From NCBI GenBank assembly GCA_964426735.1, contig CAYRRP010000001.1:75923-139922 (forward strand): 64,000 nt of DNA. The letters are read 5' to 3'. Below the pieces are notes generated by a model. The model was not told where the DNA came from, ran no database searches, and saw only the letters and a program-made list of their open reading frames with translations. A program made the position numbers and the translations under genes. Shown here one piece after another: positions 9,622-19,339 of the stretch; position 1 is the first letter of the stretch; every line of letters begins with the position of its first letter. Source of the DNA: an uncultured Candidatus Saccharibacteria bacterium. Lineage in GTDB: Bacteria; Patescibacteriota; Minisyncoccia; Phycocordibacterales; DATDWN01.

Positions 9622-10152
9622 ATGGAAGAATTGCCTCAAAATAAAATAGAATTAGCAAGAGAGTTTGCTGACAGAAAATTTAGAGAAACAGGAATAGGAA
9701 ATCATTTTTTGGAAGTATGTCATATTTTACAAAATGATTTTGGAATTGATGATATAGATATCTTAACTGCAGGTCTCCTTCATGATACGTTAGAGGATAC
9801 GAGCGCTACATACGAAGAAATAGAAAGTATTTTTGGGAAAAATGTAGCTGATATGGTAGAAGAAGTAAGTCATCCAAAAAACTACACCGCTGAACAAAAA
9901 GTAGAATATTACGAAAAACTCAAACATATTTCATGGGGTGGAAAAATGATTAAGTTGGCAGATTTTAAATCCCACCTTAAGAGATTTATCGGAGCATTTA
10001 CAGGAGAGAATAACTTAAAGAAATTTACATATAATGAATATTGTCTGTATATTCGTGGTTTTCTAGAGAGTTGTGATGATTCTTCTGCTAAAGAAGAAGT
10101 AACTAATTTAAATGACAAGTTAGAAAGTTATATTATGGGGATAAACAAATAA
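9622..10152 (+). CDS. HD-domain protein, SpoT/Mesh1-like (small alarmone hydrolase-like)
   Basis: GLLHDTLEDT, FGKNVADMVEEVS, IKLAD motifs. Confidence 0.8.
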   Translation: MEELPQNKIELAREFADRKFRETGIGNHFLEVCHILQNDFGIDDIDILTAGLLHDTLEDTSATYEEIESIFGKNVADMVEEVSHPKNYTAEQKVEYYEKLKHISWGGKMIKLADFKSHLKRFIGAFTGENNLKKFTYNEYCLYIRGFLESCDDSSAKEEVTNLNDKLESYIMGINK

Positions 10153-10183
10153 AATGATCAAGTATTTTTCATATAAATAATTT

Positions 10184-10696
10184 ATGAAAATTCTTAGAAC
10201 CATCAGAGATGTAGATATAGGAAGTGGGCTTCAAGAGCCAGAGACTTTTCGTGAACGAAAAGCAAGTCGAGGAGTTATTTTTGATAAAGAAAATAAGGTT
10301 GCTCTCGTGTATTCTGCAAAGAATCAATATCATAAATTGCCAGGAGGGGGAGTAGGTGAGGGAGAAGATTTGGAAGTGGCTTTGCAACGAGAATTGATTG
10401 AAGAAGTTGGATGTAAAGTCGAGAGTATTGAGGAACTTGGAATTGTAGAGGAATATAGAAACAAAATTGGTTTGCATCAGATTTCATATGGTTATATAGC
10501 TCGGGTAGTCGAAAAAGGTACAGCTCAGTTAGAAGCAAATGAGGTTGAGGAAAAATATATCACAAAATGGTTTGATTTAGATGTTGCAATTGAAACTTTG
10601 GAAGCTGAATCAATCACGGATCATTATGATGGTAAGTTTATGTGGATGCGTGACATAACTTTTCTTAAGGAGGCAAGACAAACAAAGTGCAACTAA
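10184..10696 (+). CDS. NUDIX hydrolase
   Basis: KLPGGGVGEGEDLEVALQRELIEEVG. Confidence 0.9.
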   Translation: MKILRTIRDVDIGSGLQEPETFRERKASRGVIFDKENKVALVYSAKNQYHKLPGGGVGEGEDLEVALQRELIEEVGCKVESIEELGIVEEYRNKIGLHQISYGYIARVVEKGTAQLEANEVEEKYITKWFDLDVAIETLEAESITDHYDGKFMWMRDITFLKEARQTKCN

Positions 10697-10714
10697 TTCA
10701 GGTATAATTTAAAT

Positions 10715-11239
10715 ATGGAAGAATTTATATCACCAGAACAAATTAAATTTCCTGAAATAGCTCAAGAAATTAATGAAATGGCTGAGGTTGACCAGAATAT
10801 GCGACAAAGAGAAATCGATGAGCCTGATTTTTGGGATGATTCAGTTGATAAGAAGAATACAGAGAGAATGAAAGAAATAGTTGGGGAAATAGGTTGGCCT
10901 TCAGTTTCAAGAGTTGGAAAGGAGGCTTCAATTGATGCGTGGTTATTGGTTCAGCATGCGGATCATGATGTGGAGTTTCAATCGTATTGTCTGTCTCTCA
11001 TAAATGAATTACCTACGGGTGAAGTCCGTGCTGAAGATATTGCACTTCTTACAGATAGGGTGCGAGTTAATTCAGGTCAACCGCAGGTTTACGGGACTCA
11101 ATTTAGACAAGTGGATGGAAAACATATTCCAAAGGATATTGAGGATATTGAAAATGTAAATGAAAGACGAAAAGCGGTAGGGTTAGATTCTTTAGAAGAG
11201 AATATCGAAAGAATGTATAAAAAGTATCCTTTAAAATAG
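10715..11239 (+). CDS. DUF6624-like protein
   Basis: DQNMR, GWPSVSRVG, AWLLVQHAD, DRVRVNSGQPQVYGTQF. Confidence 0.75.
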   Translation: MEEFISPEQIKFPEIAQEINEMAEVDQNMRQREIDEPDFWDDSVDKKNTERMKEIVGEIGWPSVSRVGKEASIDAWLLVQHADHDVEFQSYCLSLINELPTGEVRAEDIALLTDRVRVNSGQPQVYGTQFRQVDGKHIPKDIEDIENVNERRKAVGLDSLEENIERMYKKYPLK

Positions 11240-11330
11240 GATTAAAGAAGTCAGGAGCTATTGTCACGGAGCAGAAAGTGGATTGGTTGTTATGTGCACA
11301 ACCTCCTTTATTAATTGGTATACTTACACT

Positions 11331-11891
11331 ATGAAAATATTTTTAGTGAGACACGGGGAAACCGAAGAAAACGTTGCAGGTCTTTTGATGGGGCAACATC
11401 AAGGAGTGTTGACTGAAAAAGGGAAAACTCAAGCAAGTGAGACTGCTGGTATGTTGAAGGATTATACATTTGCACACATCTATTCTTCCGATTTGAATCG
11501 GTGCGTAGATACTGCTGAAATTATTAAAGAGTTTCATCCTGATACACCTCTGACATTTACTAAAGATCTGAGGGAACGACATCTTGGGATTTTCCAGGGA
11601 CAACCTCACATATCTGTAGACTGGGAAGCGTTACCGGGTACTTGGGATGATAAGAAACCGGAAAATGGTGAGTCTGTGGCTGAGTTGAAAAAGCGAGCGC
11701 TAGATTTTATTGAATACCTCTACACAATTCATCCGAGCGAAAGTATATTGCTTATTTCTCATAATGGATGGATAAAACAAATTATTTCACATTTTTCTGG
11801 TGTGCCATCTAAGGAAGTGGGTAAGGTAGAAAATGCTCAGGTTATTGAAGTTGAAGTGGGTGAAAATCTAGAAGGGAAAATTTTGAACTAG
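11331..11891 (+). CDS. Histidine phosphatase (phosphoglycerate mutase-like)
   Basis: LVRHGET, YSSDLNR, LISHNG. Confidence 0.9.
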   Translation: MKIFLVRHGETEENVAGLLMGQHQGVLTEKGKTQASETAGMLKDYTFAHIYSSDLNRCVDTAEIIKEFHPDTPLTFTKDLRERHLGIFQGQPHISVDWEALPGTWDDKKPENGESVAELKKRALDFIEYLYTIHPSESILLISHNGWIKQIISHFSGVPSKEVGKVENAQVIEVEVGENLEGKILN

Positions 11892-11896
11892 TATAT

Positions 11897-12385
11897 ATGC
11901 AAATCGTATCAACTATCACTAATAAACAAGGAGAGACTTTTAAATCTATCTATCATGAAGGTGAAAATCCTAATGAAAATTTAGATGGAGTTATTTTGCC
12001 TGGCTCAGGCGGACATTGTTTTTGTGGTGACAAGTTGGTAATTGTAAAATCCGGTAATGATTGGGGTTTTCCAGGGGGTGGAATTGAAAAAGGAGAGACA
12101 TGGCAGGATGCTGTCGCACGGGAGGTAAAAGAAGAAGCAAATATGAAAGTGGTACACCACGAGCTTATTGGCTACCAAGACTTTTTTATGAAAAAACACA
12201 CATTGCGCCATGTGCACTCTCTCTGTATTGTCGAGCCGTATGGAGACTTTGAATCTGATCCAGATAACGATATTACGGAGATAAAACTCATTGATCCGAA
12301 AGATTTTAAAGAATACATCAACTGGGGTGAAGTTGGTGATTATCTAATGAAACAAGCTTTGGAAATGAAAGATTTGATAAAATGA
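11897..12385 (+). CDS. NUDIX hydrolase (paralog of 7196/7686)
   Basis: FPGGGIEKGETWQDAVAREVKEE; shared PYGDFxSDPD C-terminus. Confidence 0.9.
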   Translation: MQIVSTITNKQGETFKSIYHEGENPNENLDGVILPGSGGHCFCGDKLVIVKSGNDWGFPGGGIEKGETWQDAVAREVKEEANMKVVHHELIGYQDFFMKKHTLRHVHSLCIVEPYGDFESDPDNDITEIKLIDPKDFKEYINWGEVGDYLMKQALEMKDLIK

Positions 12386-12512
12386 TTTGATTACTAAGAA
12401 CCCATCATTAGGTTTGTTTACTTAAATTTGTTGTCCAACAGAAAAATAATAGAAGTAAGAAAACGCTTGTGTTTTTAATAAAAAATGGTATTGTAAATTT
12501 TGAGGTGCTCTG

Positions 12513-12857
12513 ATGTTATATTACGAAAGTGCAGTACAATGTCCGCAAGAAGGAAGCTTGGGTGAATCTCTAGTTCAGGTTGTCTCAGAAGAAGACGGAG
12601 TCTATCTTATTGTTCTTCCGGACGGAGTCACTCCTGGGAGACGAGAAGCTGCAGAGAAGTTTGCAGAGGCAGTTGCGAACCTTCGTGCAAGAGCTCCTGG
12701 TTGTTCATTTTCTTTCACTCCGTTTGATTATGAGTCATCTAAGGAATCTAGCGGCGTCACATCGTGGCTAGCAGTTCGAGGACGTGTTTTGCCACGACGA
12801 TTGAGTTTGATGGATAGGATGCTGAGAGTACTTGCTCTACCGTCAGTGAGATATTAA
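12513..12857 (+). CDS. Hypothetical protein (SD-led ORFan cassette)
   Basis: ORF with GAGG SD, upstream promoter and downstream GC hairpin. Confidence 0.6.
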   Translation: MLYYESAVQCPQEGSLGESLVQVVSEEDGVYLIVLPDGVTPGRREAAEKFAEAVANLRARAPGCSFSFTPFDYESSKESSGVTSWLAVRGRVLPRRLSLMDRMLRVLALPSVRY

Positions 12858-12862
12858 CTTAA

Positions 12863-12900
12863 CCGCCCGCGAGAGCCAAACGCTTTCGCGGGCGGCTTTC
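12863..12900 (+). terminator. Rho-independent terminator
   Basis: ccgcccgcgagagc/gctttcgcgggcgg stem followed by T-rich tail. Confidence 0.7.
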
Positions 12901-12989
12901 ATTTATACGTAAAATATAACTTTGTTATAGGTTGCGATTGTAATTTTAAATAAAATACTGTAGAAATATACCTAGAAAGGGAAACATCC

Positions 12990-13301
12990 ATGGGTAGTAA
13001 TTATTATGCTAAAAGATTCGGCAAAGTGGTGTCTGCCACTGAAGATCAGGTGACTGAGATACTGCAGGTCAACACGAAAGCAGCTGCAGCAAAAGAGTAT
13101 GTTCTCCAGTGCATGCCGGAGGTCAGAATCAACAGAAATGAAGAAGTTTATTGCCCTTACGCAGCATGTGGAGCCCAACAATCTTCGCTCACGATCGGAA
13201 TTCATACGTGTCGAAACAGCAAGTGTGGCAGAATGTTTAGGGTGCCGGACACTGCCACCAATCGGCGGATCAGAAAAGAACTCCAACACGATAGGTTTTG
13301 A
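12990..13301 (+). CDS. Small Zn-ribbon hypothetical protein
   Basis: CPYAAC...CRNSKC pairs; AAAGGG SD; terminator aatcggagttgtt/caacaactccgatt-T6 at about 13333-13366. Confidence 0.6.
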   Translation: MGSNYYAKRFGKVVSATEDQVTEILQVNTKAAAAKEYVLQCMPEVRINRNEEVYCPYAACGAQQSSLTIGIHTCRNSKCGRMFRVPDTATNRRIRKELQHDRF

Positions 13302-13455
13302 CATCCTTTATTGTTGGCTCAAAGGTGGCTTTAATCGGAGTTGTTTTGCAACAACTCCGATTTTTTGTATTCGATATTTGCTACCCTCTATTTTCTCAAA
13401 CTTTGGTATTTTTTATAAATTCAAATCTAAACAAATAGTTTGCTATACTAACACC

Positions 13456-14055
13456 ATGAAAAAACAAGTTGTTGTTATCCATGGTGGAGATACATTTGAA
13501 AATTATGAGGCGTATGTCGATTTTCTAAAAAATTTTGAAATTGATCTTGAGAGATATAAGACAAGTAAAAATGATTGGAAGCCGTGGCTCAGGCAAAAAC
13601 TCGGAGAGGAGTATGAGGTTATATTGCCTACAATGCCAAACAAGACAAATGCACAGTTTGGAGAGTGGAAACTCTGGTTTGAGAAAATAATTCCACTGTT
13701 AAATGATCAGGTTGTATTGGTAGGGCATTCTCTCGGAGCGTCTTTTTTGGTTAAATATTTATCGGAAAATATATTTCCAAAAAAGATACAAGGTGTATTT
13801 CTCGTAAGCGGGGTTTTTGATACAGATTCGGAAGGGTATTTGTTGTGGAGTTTTGCATTACCAGAAAAGCTCGACTTGCAGACAGAACATATATACCTCT
13901 ATCACAGCAAAGATGATCCTGTTGTACCATTTTCTGCTCTTGGGGATTTTATGAATGTGTTACCTGGTGCTCATGCGAGAGTGTTTGAAGACAGGAGACA
14001 TATAAACCAAGAAGAATTTCCAGAACTCGCCGAAGATATTTTAAGTGTGGAATAA
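13456..14055 (+). CDS. Alpha/beta hydrolase (RBBP9/YdeN family)
   Basis: VIHGG, GHSLG nucleophile elbow, HSKDDPVVP, H-IN. Confidence 0.85.
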   Translation: MKKQVVVIHGGDTFENYEAYVDFLKNFEIDLERYKTSKNDWKPWLRQKLGEEYEVILPTMPNKTNAQFGEWKLWFEKIIPLLNDQVVLVGHSLGASFLVKYLSENIFPKKIQGVFLVSGVFDTDSEGYLLWSFALPEKLDLQTEHIYLYHSKDDPVVPFSALGDFMNVLPGAHARVFEDRRHINQEEFPELAEDILSVE

Positions 14056-14069
14056 CATATATGTAATAT

Positions 14070-14330
14070 ATGAAAGATTTCAAACCAAAACATACTCCTT
14101 TTGTTGTGTTGGGTATACTGTCTCTCGTATGCTCGCGTATATTATTTTCATTGTTTAATGACCCTGAGGGTGCAAATCTACTTGTGGTTGTAGTAATGGC
14201 ATTGATTATGTATTTCTTGTCGCTGACTCCGTATATACTTGTGGCTTCACTCAATAGTCAGAGTAAATTTTTAGGTGGGATTTTGATTCAAATAGTATCA
14301 CTTGTCACTTTCTGGGTGTATTTAAAATAG
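14070..14330 (+). CDS. Small membrane protein
   Basis: 3 hydrophobic segments, FNDPEGANLL motif. Confidence 0.65.
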   Translation: MKDFKPKHTPFVVLGILSLVCSRILFSLFNDPEGANLLVVVVMALIMYFLSLTPYILVASLNSQSKFLGGILIQIVSLVTFWVYLK

Positions 14331-14402
14331 GTTACGTATAGTATATAGAAGTGAGATAAGGTATTCCTATAAAATTAATATAACTTTGGTATACTTAAAT
14401 TC

Positions 14403-15275
14403 ATGTTCGTTATTCCTAAGAAAAAAAGTATACAAGTTGCTAGCATACTTTCTGTGGTAGTGTTTTTTTACCTGGTTATCGTAGTAGATGTATTTCATAT
14501 TATCGGTACAGCTGAGCAGTCCCAAGTGGGTACAGTGGCACTTTCTACTACACAACAAAGCGTGCCTCCAAGTGAACAAGATTTGCTTGGTAAGGCAGAA
14601 TTGAGTTATGCAGGAGGGACGATAGGGAGAAATAAAAATATTGAACTAGGTGCATCTTTGATTGACGGTACAGTTGTTTTTCCTGGAGAGGAATTTTCGT
14701 TTATTAAAGCGTTGGGAGAGGTTACTGAAGAAGGTGGTTTTAGTAATGAAAAAGTCTTTCTCAATGGTGAAGTAACAAAGGGGATTGGTGGCGGACTTTG
14801 TCAGGTATCAACAACTCTTTTCAGAGGCATACTTGAAGCTGGTTTTCCTGTAACCGAGCGGCACAATCATAGCTATACTGTTTCTCGATACGATGCTGGT
14901 CTCGATGCAACATATTCAGATCCTGGTGTTGATTTGAAATTTTTAAACGATATGAAGTATCCAGTGGTAGTGCGTGCAAAAACAGAAGAACAAAAAGTGG
15001 TTATTGAACTTCGTGGTATTTCTGACGGAAGAGTTGCGAGTACAACAGAACCAGAAATTATACATATCGTTGACGTACCACCTCCACGTATTGTTGCTAC
15101 CACCACCGTCTTTAAAAAAGGACAAGAATGTGTAAATAGTCCACAGATTGGCTATACCGCAAAGGTAGAATATAGTATTTTTTATCCAGACAATACAGTA
15201 AAAGAGCAAATCTTTTCTTCTACATATAAACCATTGCAAAGAATATGTTACGTGATGGCGACAAGTACGCAATAA
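14403..15275 (+). CDS. VanW family protein
   Basis: PGEEFSF, GGGLCQVSTTL, ERHNHS, GLDAT, DLKFLN. Confidence 0.9.
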   Translation: MFVIPKKKSIQVASILSVVVFFYLVIVVDVFHIIGTAEQSQVGTVALSTTQQSVPPSEQDLLGKAELSYAGGTIGRNKNIELGASLIDGTVVFPGEEFSFIKALGEVTEEGGFSNEKVFLNGEVTKGIGGGLCQVSTTLFRGILEAGFPVTERHNHSYTVSRYDAGLDATYSDPGVDLKFLNDMKYPVVVRAKTEEQKVVIELRGISDGRVASTTEPEIIHIVDVPPPRIVATTTVFKKGQECVNSPQIGYTAKVEYSIFYPDNTVKEQIFSSTYKPLQRICYVMATSTQ

Positions 15276-15288
15276 TATAGACAATACT

Positions 15289-16119
15289 ATGATTAAAAAA
15301 ATACTACGAGTGGTGATTGTTGTTTGTGTAGGGGTTGTTGTGTGGTGTGTATTTTTGAAACCAGTGCCACTTACAGGGGATTGGCAAGAGCATCTCAAAA
15401 TAGCTTCAACTGCAGAATTTAATGGTGATACTGTTACCGTTAAGAATGTAAGAAATTTTAGGTATTACCCTCAGGAGAAAGATATGCATCCTGGATATTA
15501 TGATCGTACCTACAATCTCAATGAAGTAACACAAGTGTGGTATGTAGCAGAACCATTTAATGAAAATGAATCAGCAGCACATACATTTGTTTCTTTTGAA
15601 TTTAAAAATGGCGATTTTCTTTCTATTAGTATAGAGGCACGAAAAACAAAAGAACAAACATACAGTATTTGGAAAGGTTTTTTGCGTACGTATCCGCTTA
15701 TCTATATTGCTGCCGATGAACGAGACGTGATACTTCTTCGTGCAAATCTTCGAAAAGACAAGGTGTATGTATATCCAGTAAAATTTGAAAAACCAGAAAA
15801 TAGACGACTCTTGTTGGTAGATATGCTCACACGAATGAATGAACTTACTACAACAAAGCCTGCGTGGTATAACACATTATTTGCAAATTGTACGTCGAGT
15901 ATTGCGGGGCATGTAAATAAGCTCTCGCCAGGGCGCATTTCTATTTTCTCATGGGAACTCTGGCTCACCGCTTCTGCCGATGAGCTTGCACTTGAGCATG
16001 GACTACTTGATACTGATTTGTCTATTGAAAAAGCTCGTGAAAAATATTCAATCAATGAAACGTCTCTCAGGGTGGGGGATGTGCCAGAGTATTCCACAGA
16101 AATTCGAAAATTTAAATGA
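15289..16119 (+). CDS. DUF4105 (Lnb-like) domain protein
   Basis: NVRNFRY, AHTFVSF, SIEAR, WYNTLFANCT. Confidence 0.8.
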   Translation: MIKKILRVVIVVCVGVVVWCVFLKPVPLTGDWQEHLKIASTAEFNGDTVTVKNVRNFRYYPQEKDMHPGYYDRTYNLNEVTQVWYVAEPFNENESAAHTFVSFEFKNGDFLSISIEARKTKEQTYSIWKGFLRTYPLIYIAADERDVILLRANLRKDKVYVYPVKFEKPENRRLLLVDMLTRMNELTTTKPAWYNTLFANCTSSIAGHVNKLSPGRISIFSWELWLTASADELALEHGLLDTDLSIEKAREKYSINETSLRVGDVPEYSTEIRKFK

Positions 16120-16151
16120 TATACTTATTGTATATAAATAATTGTAATTTT

Positions 16152-16214
16152 ATGGCAAAAGGAAACACACATACAAAAGAAAAAAAGAAACCAAAAAAGC
16201 CAAAGGCTAAATAG
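16152..16214 (+). CDS. 20-aa basic small protein MAKGNTHTKEKKKPKKPKAK
   Basis: Intergenic sORF followed by hairpin aaaaaccttct/gaaaaggttttt. Confidence 0.5.
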   Translation: MAKGNTHTKEKKKPKKPKAK

Positions 16215-16273
16215 TCTGAAGCGACAAAAAACCTTCTCTGTTTAAAGAAAAGGTTTTTTGTTAGAATAGTTGC

Positions 16274-16840
16274 ATGTTTGATTTTATTGATCCGAAGACT
16301 ATATACACAATTATTCATGTGTTTGGGGCGATTTTAGGAGCCGGAGGGGCATTTGTGAGTGATGGTATGTTTTTTGACACTATCAAAGATGGAAGAGTGA
16401 CAAAACGTGAGCTTGATTTTATGAAGCTCGGAGGGAGGTTTGTGTGGACGGGGCTTTTTGTACTCCTTATATCAGGTATATTTCTTGTATCTACCGACCC
16501 TGCGCGTTATCTTGTATCAGATAAATTTATTGCTAAAGTTGTTATTGTTGCCGTGATTGTATTAAATGGAATTATATTTCATACTATTCATATTCCTCAT
16601 ATCAGAAATCATCTCGGTATTAAACTTAAAGAGTCAGAGACTTTTCTAAAAAAATCTTCATTTATCATGGCGAGTGGTGCACTCTCACTCGTCTCATGGG
16701 TGGTGACAGTAATCCTCGGAAGTCTTCGTCATGTTCCATACAATTACGCTGAAATATTGAGTGTGTATGTGGTGTGCGTGACAGTCGCTATTGTGGGGGC
16801 ATTGACTATGAAAAGAGTGGTGTTGCATATTAAAAATTAA
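16274..16840 (+). CDS. Integral membrane protein (His-containing TM helices)
   Basis: 5 TM segments, IIHVFG and IFHTIH. Confidence 0.7.
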   Translation: MFDFIDPKTIYTIIHVFGAILGAGGAFVSDGMFFDTIKDGRVTKRELDFMKLGGRFVWTGLFVLLISGIFLVSTDPARYLVSDKFIAKVVIVAVIVLNGIIFHTIHIPHIRNHLGIKLKESETFLKKSSFIMASGALSLVSWVVTVILGSLRHVPYNYAEILSVYVVCVTVAIVGALTMKRVVLHIKN

Positions 16841-16850
16841 AAAATTATGT

Positions 16851-17255
16851 ATGAAAGAAGATGCATTGTTTTATGTTGGACAGAAAGCATTTATTAAAAA
16901 AGGTGATGAAGTACTAGTGCTTGGAGATCCTGTTGAAGGACTCGATTACCCTGGTGGGAAAATTCAGGAAGGTGAATTTGATTTGGTAGAGTCATTAAAA
17001 AGAGAAGTAAGAGAAGAAACAGGGTTAGAGATTTCAGTTGGTGAACCTTTTGCAACATGGACAAATGTATTTCCTGCACAGCATCGCCTTGCAGGGAAGC
17101 GAGTATTTTTAGTGGGGTATAGATGTGGGTATGTATCTGGAGAAGTTCAGTTGAGTAACGAACATGATAAATTTTCTTGGGTTACAAAAGATAACTTTAA
17201 TACAGTAGATGATGGCACATCATATTTTGAAATTTTAAAGAAGTACTTTGCATAA
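16851..17255 (+). CDS. NUDIX hydrolase (MutT-like)
   Basis: DYPGGKIQEGE...REVREETG. Confidence 0.9.
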   Translation: MKEDALFYVGQKAFIKKGDEVLVLGDPVEGLDYPGGKIQEGEFDLVESLKREVREETGLEISVGEPFATWTNVFPAQHRLAGKRVFLVGYRCGYVSGEVQLSNEHDKFSWVTKDNFNTVDDGTSYFEILKKYFA

Positions 17256-17544
17256 ATCTCAAACATTCACATTCACATCAGAAGTTTGGAAATGGCCGGG
17301 GTTTGCAGGGTGGCATTTTGTGACGTTATCAAAGAAAATATCCGCAGAGATTAAGAAAAATGGAAAGCCGTATGGTGCGGGGTTTGTGAAAGTGGAAGTG
17401 GTGGTGAGGAAGTCGACATGGACTACTGCACTTTTCCCACATAAAGATTCCGAGGGGTATCTTCTCTCAATCAAGAAAAAAGTCCGAGAAAAAGAAAATA
17501 TTTGGGAGGGAGATAAGGTGAACGTACGAATAACATTGGTGTAA
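17248..17544 (+). CDS. DUF1905 domain protein
   Basis: GWHFVTL, WTTALFP, YLLSIKKKVR. Confidence 0.8.
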   Translation: MHKSQTFTFTSEVWKWPGFAGWHFVTLSKKISAEIKKNGKPYGAGFVKVEVVVRKSTWTTALFPHKDSEGYLLSIKKKVREKENIWEGDKVNVRITLV

Positions 17545-17568
17545 AAACCTGGTATACTATTTCCATGA

Positions 17569-17670
17569 TCCCGTTAGAAATAACGGAAATCGATTGATGG
17601 TGGTATATTATTAACATATTAAATACATAGAGGAATTATAGATAGCTGTAATTTCCTATTTCTAACGGGA
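17569..17670. mobile_element. 102-bp MITE with 14-bp terminal inverted repeats and TGA target duplication
   Basis: tcccgttagaaata...tatttctaacggga flanked by tga (17566-68, 17671-73). Confidence 0.75.
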
Positions 17671-19328
17671 TGACATCACAAGAAATCAAAGACGCACTTG
17701 CTCCATTACTTGAAGGAGATATTGATATAGAAGAAAAAACACTAACCATCTATTCGCGTGACGCGAGTCTCTTTGAGATCAAACCTCAGGTAGTGATTTT
17801 CCCTAAACATGCAAAAGATGTGGGGACGATTGTAAAATGGGTAAGCGAGAACAAACAAAAAGACCCAACTCTTTCTATTACCGCACGTTCTGGAGGTACT
17901 GATATGTCTGGTGGTTCTATCAACAATTCAATCATCCTCGATTTTACTCGCTATATGAATGCGATCAGAAGTGTGAAAGATAAAGTGGGTGTAGTAGAGC
18001 CGGGGTGCTACTATCGTGATTTTGAAAAAGAAACACTCAAACAAAATTGGCTTATGCCGTCGTATACTGCTTCGAGAGAGATTTGTGCAGTGGGAGGAAT
18101 GGTTGCAAACAATGCAGGTGGAGAGAATACGGTAAAGTATGGAAAAGTAGAAGAATTTCTCGCACACCTGAAAGTAGTATTTACCGATGGTAATGAATAC
18201 CTCATCAAACCAATAACATATACCGAGCTTGAGACAAAAGTGGCAGAGCAGGGCTTTGAAGGTTCACTCTATAAAAAAATCTGGGAGCTCATTTCACTTC
18301 ATAAAGAAAAGATAATGGCGGCTAAGCCAAATGTATCTAAAAATTCAGCGGGGTACTATATCTGGAATATTTGGGATGAAAAAACACAAACATTTGATTT
18401 GTGTAAATTAATCGTCGGTTCTCAAGGAACACTTGGTATCATTACCGAAATTGGTTTTAAACTTGTTGAAAAGCCTGCATATGGAAGTTTGCTTGCGATC
18501 TTCATGCCGTCTCTTGATCATCTACCGGAGATTGTAAATGAGGTAATGGTCTACAAACCAGATAGTTTTGAAACATATGACGATTATAGTCTGAAGCTTG
18601 CGGTAACATTCTTTTTTGATTTCTTTGCGCAGATGGGTTTTGTAGGTGCGGTCAAGCTTGGGCTTCAGTTTTTCCCTGAAGCACTTCTTATGCTTACTGG
18701 AGGTATTCCAAAGCTCACACTTCTCGTACAATTTACCGGTGACACAAAAGAGGATGTGCATACTCGACTTTCTGAACTCCAGAAAAAACTTGCCCATTTG
18801 AAACTAAAATCACGTATTACAAAAAGTCCAATTGAGGCAGAAAAGTATTGGGAGATTCGCCGACAAAGCTTCAATATGCTTCGTAAGCATGTGCACGGTA
18901 AACGCACTGCTCCATTTGTTGATGATATTATTGTAAAACCAGAACATCTTCCAGAATTTCTACCGAAAGTTGAAGCGATACTTGATAAAGCAAAACTCAT
19001 TTACACAGTAGCTGGACATGCAGGAGATGGAAACTTTCATATTATTCCGCTCATGGATCTCAATGCTCCGTATTCAGAAGATATTATTCTTGATATTGGA
19101 AAACAAATTTATGATTTGGTAGTTGAATATAAGGGCTCTATTACTGCAGAACACAATGACGGTATCGTGCGCACTCCGTATCTCGAGATGATGTATGGTC
19201 CTGAGATAATCGGTTTGTTCAAACAAACAAAAGAAATATTTGATCCATTATATATTCTCAACCCTGGTAAAAAAGTCGGCGGAACATTCGAAGATATTAG
19301 ACGAACACTTATTCGGAAGAATAACTAA
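17670..19328 (+). CDS. FAD-binding oxidoreductase (GlcD/D-lactate dehydrogenase-like)
   Basis: RSGGTDMSGG, GSQGTLGII, GHAGDGNFH, AEHNDG, FDP..ILNPGK. Confidence 0.85.
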   Translation: MTSQEIKDALAPLLEGDIDIEEKTLTIYSRDASLFEIKPQVVIFPKHAKDVGTIVKWVSENKQKDPTLSITARSGGTDMSGGSINNSIILDFTRYMNAIRSVKDKVGVVEPGCYYRDFEKETLKQNWLMPSYTASREICAVGGMVANNAGGENTVKYGKVEEFLAHLKVVFTDGNEYLIKPITYTELETKVAEQGFEGSLYKKIWELISLHKEKIMAAKPNVSKNSAGYYIWNIWDEKTQTFDLCKLIVGSQGTLGIITEIGFKLVEKPAYGSLLAIFMPSLDHLPEIVNEVMVYKPDSFETYDDYSLKLAVTFFFDFFAQMGFVGAVKLGLQFFPEALLMLTGGIPKLTLLVQFTGDTKEDVHTRLSELQKKLAHLKLKSRITKSPIEAEKYWEIRRQSFNMLRKHVHGKRTAPFVDDIIVKPEHLPEFLPKVEAILDKAKLIYTVAGHAGDGNFHIIPLMDLNAPYSEDIILDIGKQIYDLVVEYKGSITAEHNDGIVRTPYLEMMYGPEIIGLFKQTKEIFDPLYILNPGKKVGGTFEDIRRTLIRKNN

Positions 19329-19339
19329 TTATAAAAATT

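Noticed and set aside
13099-13455. N-terminal extensions given by the ORF track (also at 9015, 34920, 37011, 42224, 62818)
   Set aside because: They run through terminators or repeats; true starts follow -10 boxes or family N-termini
6405-17544. Integron cassette array
   Set aside because: Intergenic gaps are mostly a few nt and lack RYYYAAC/GTTRRRY attC hairpins; no integrase
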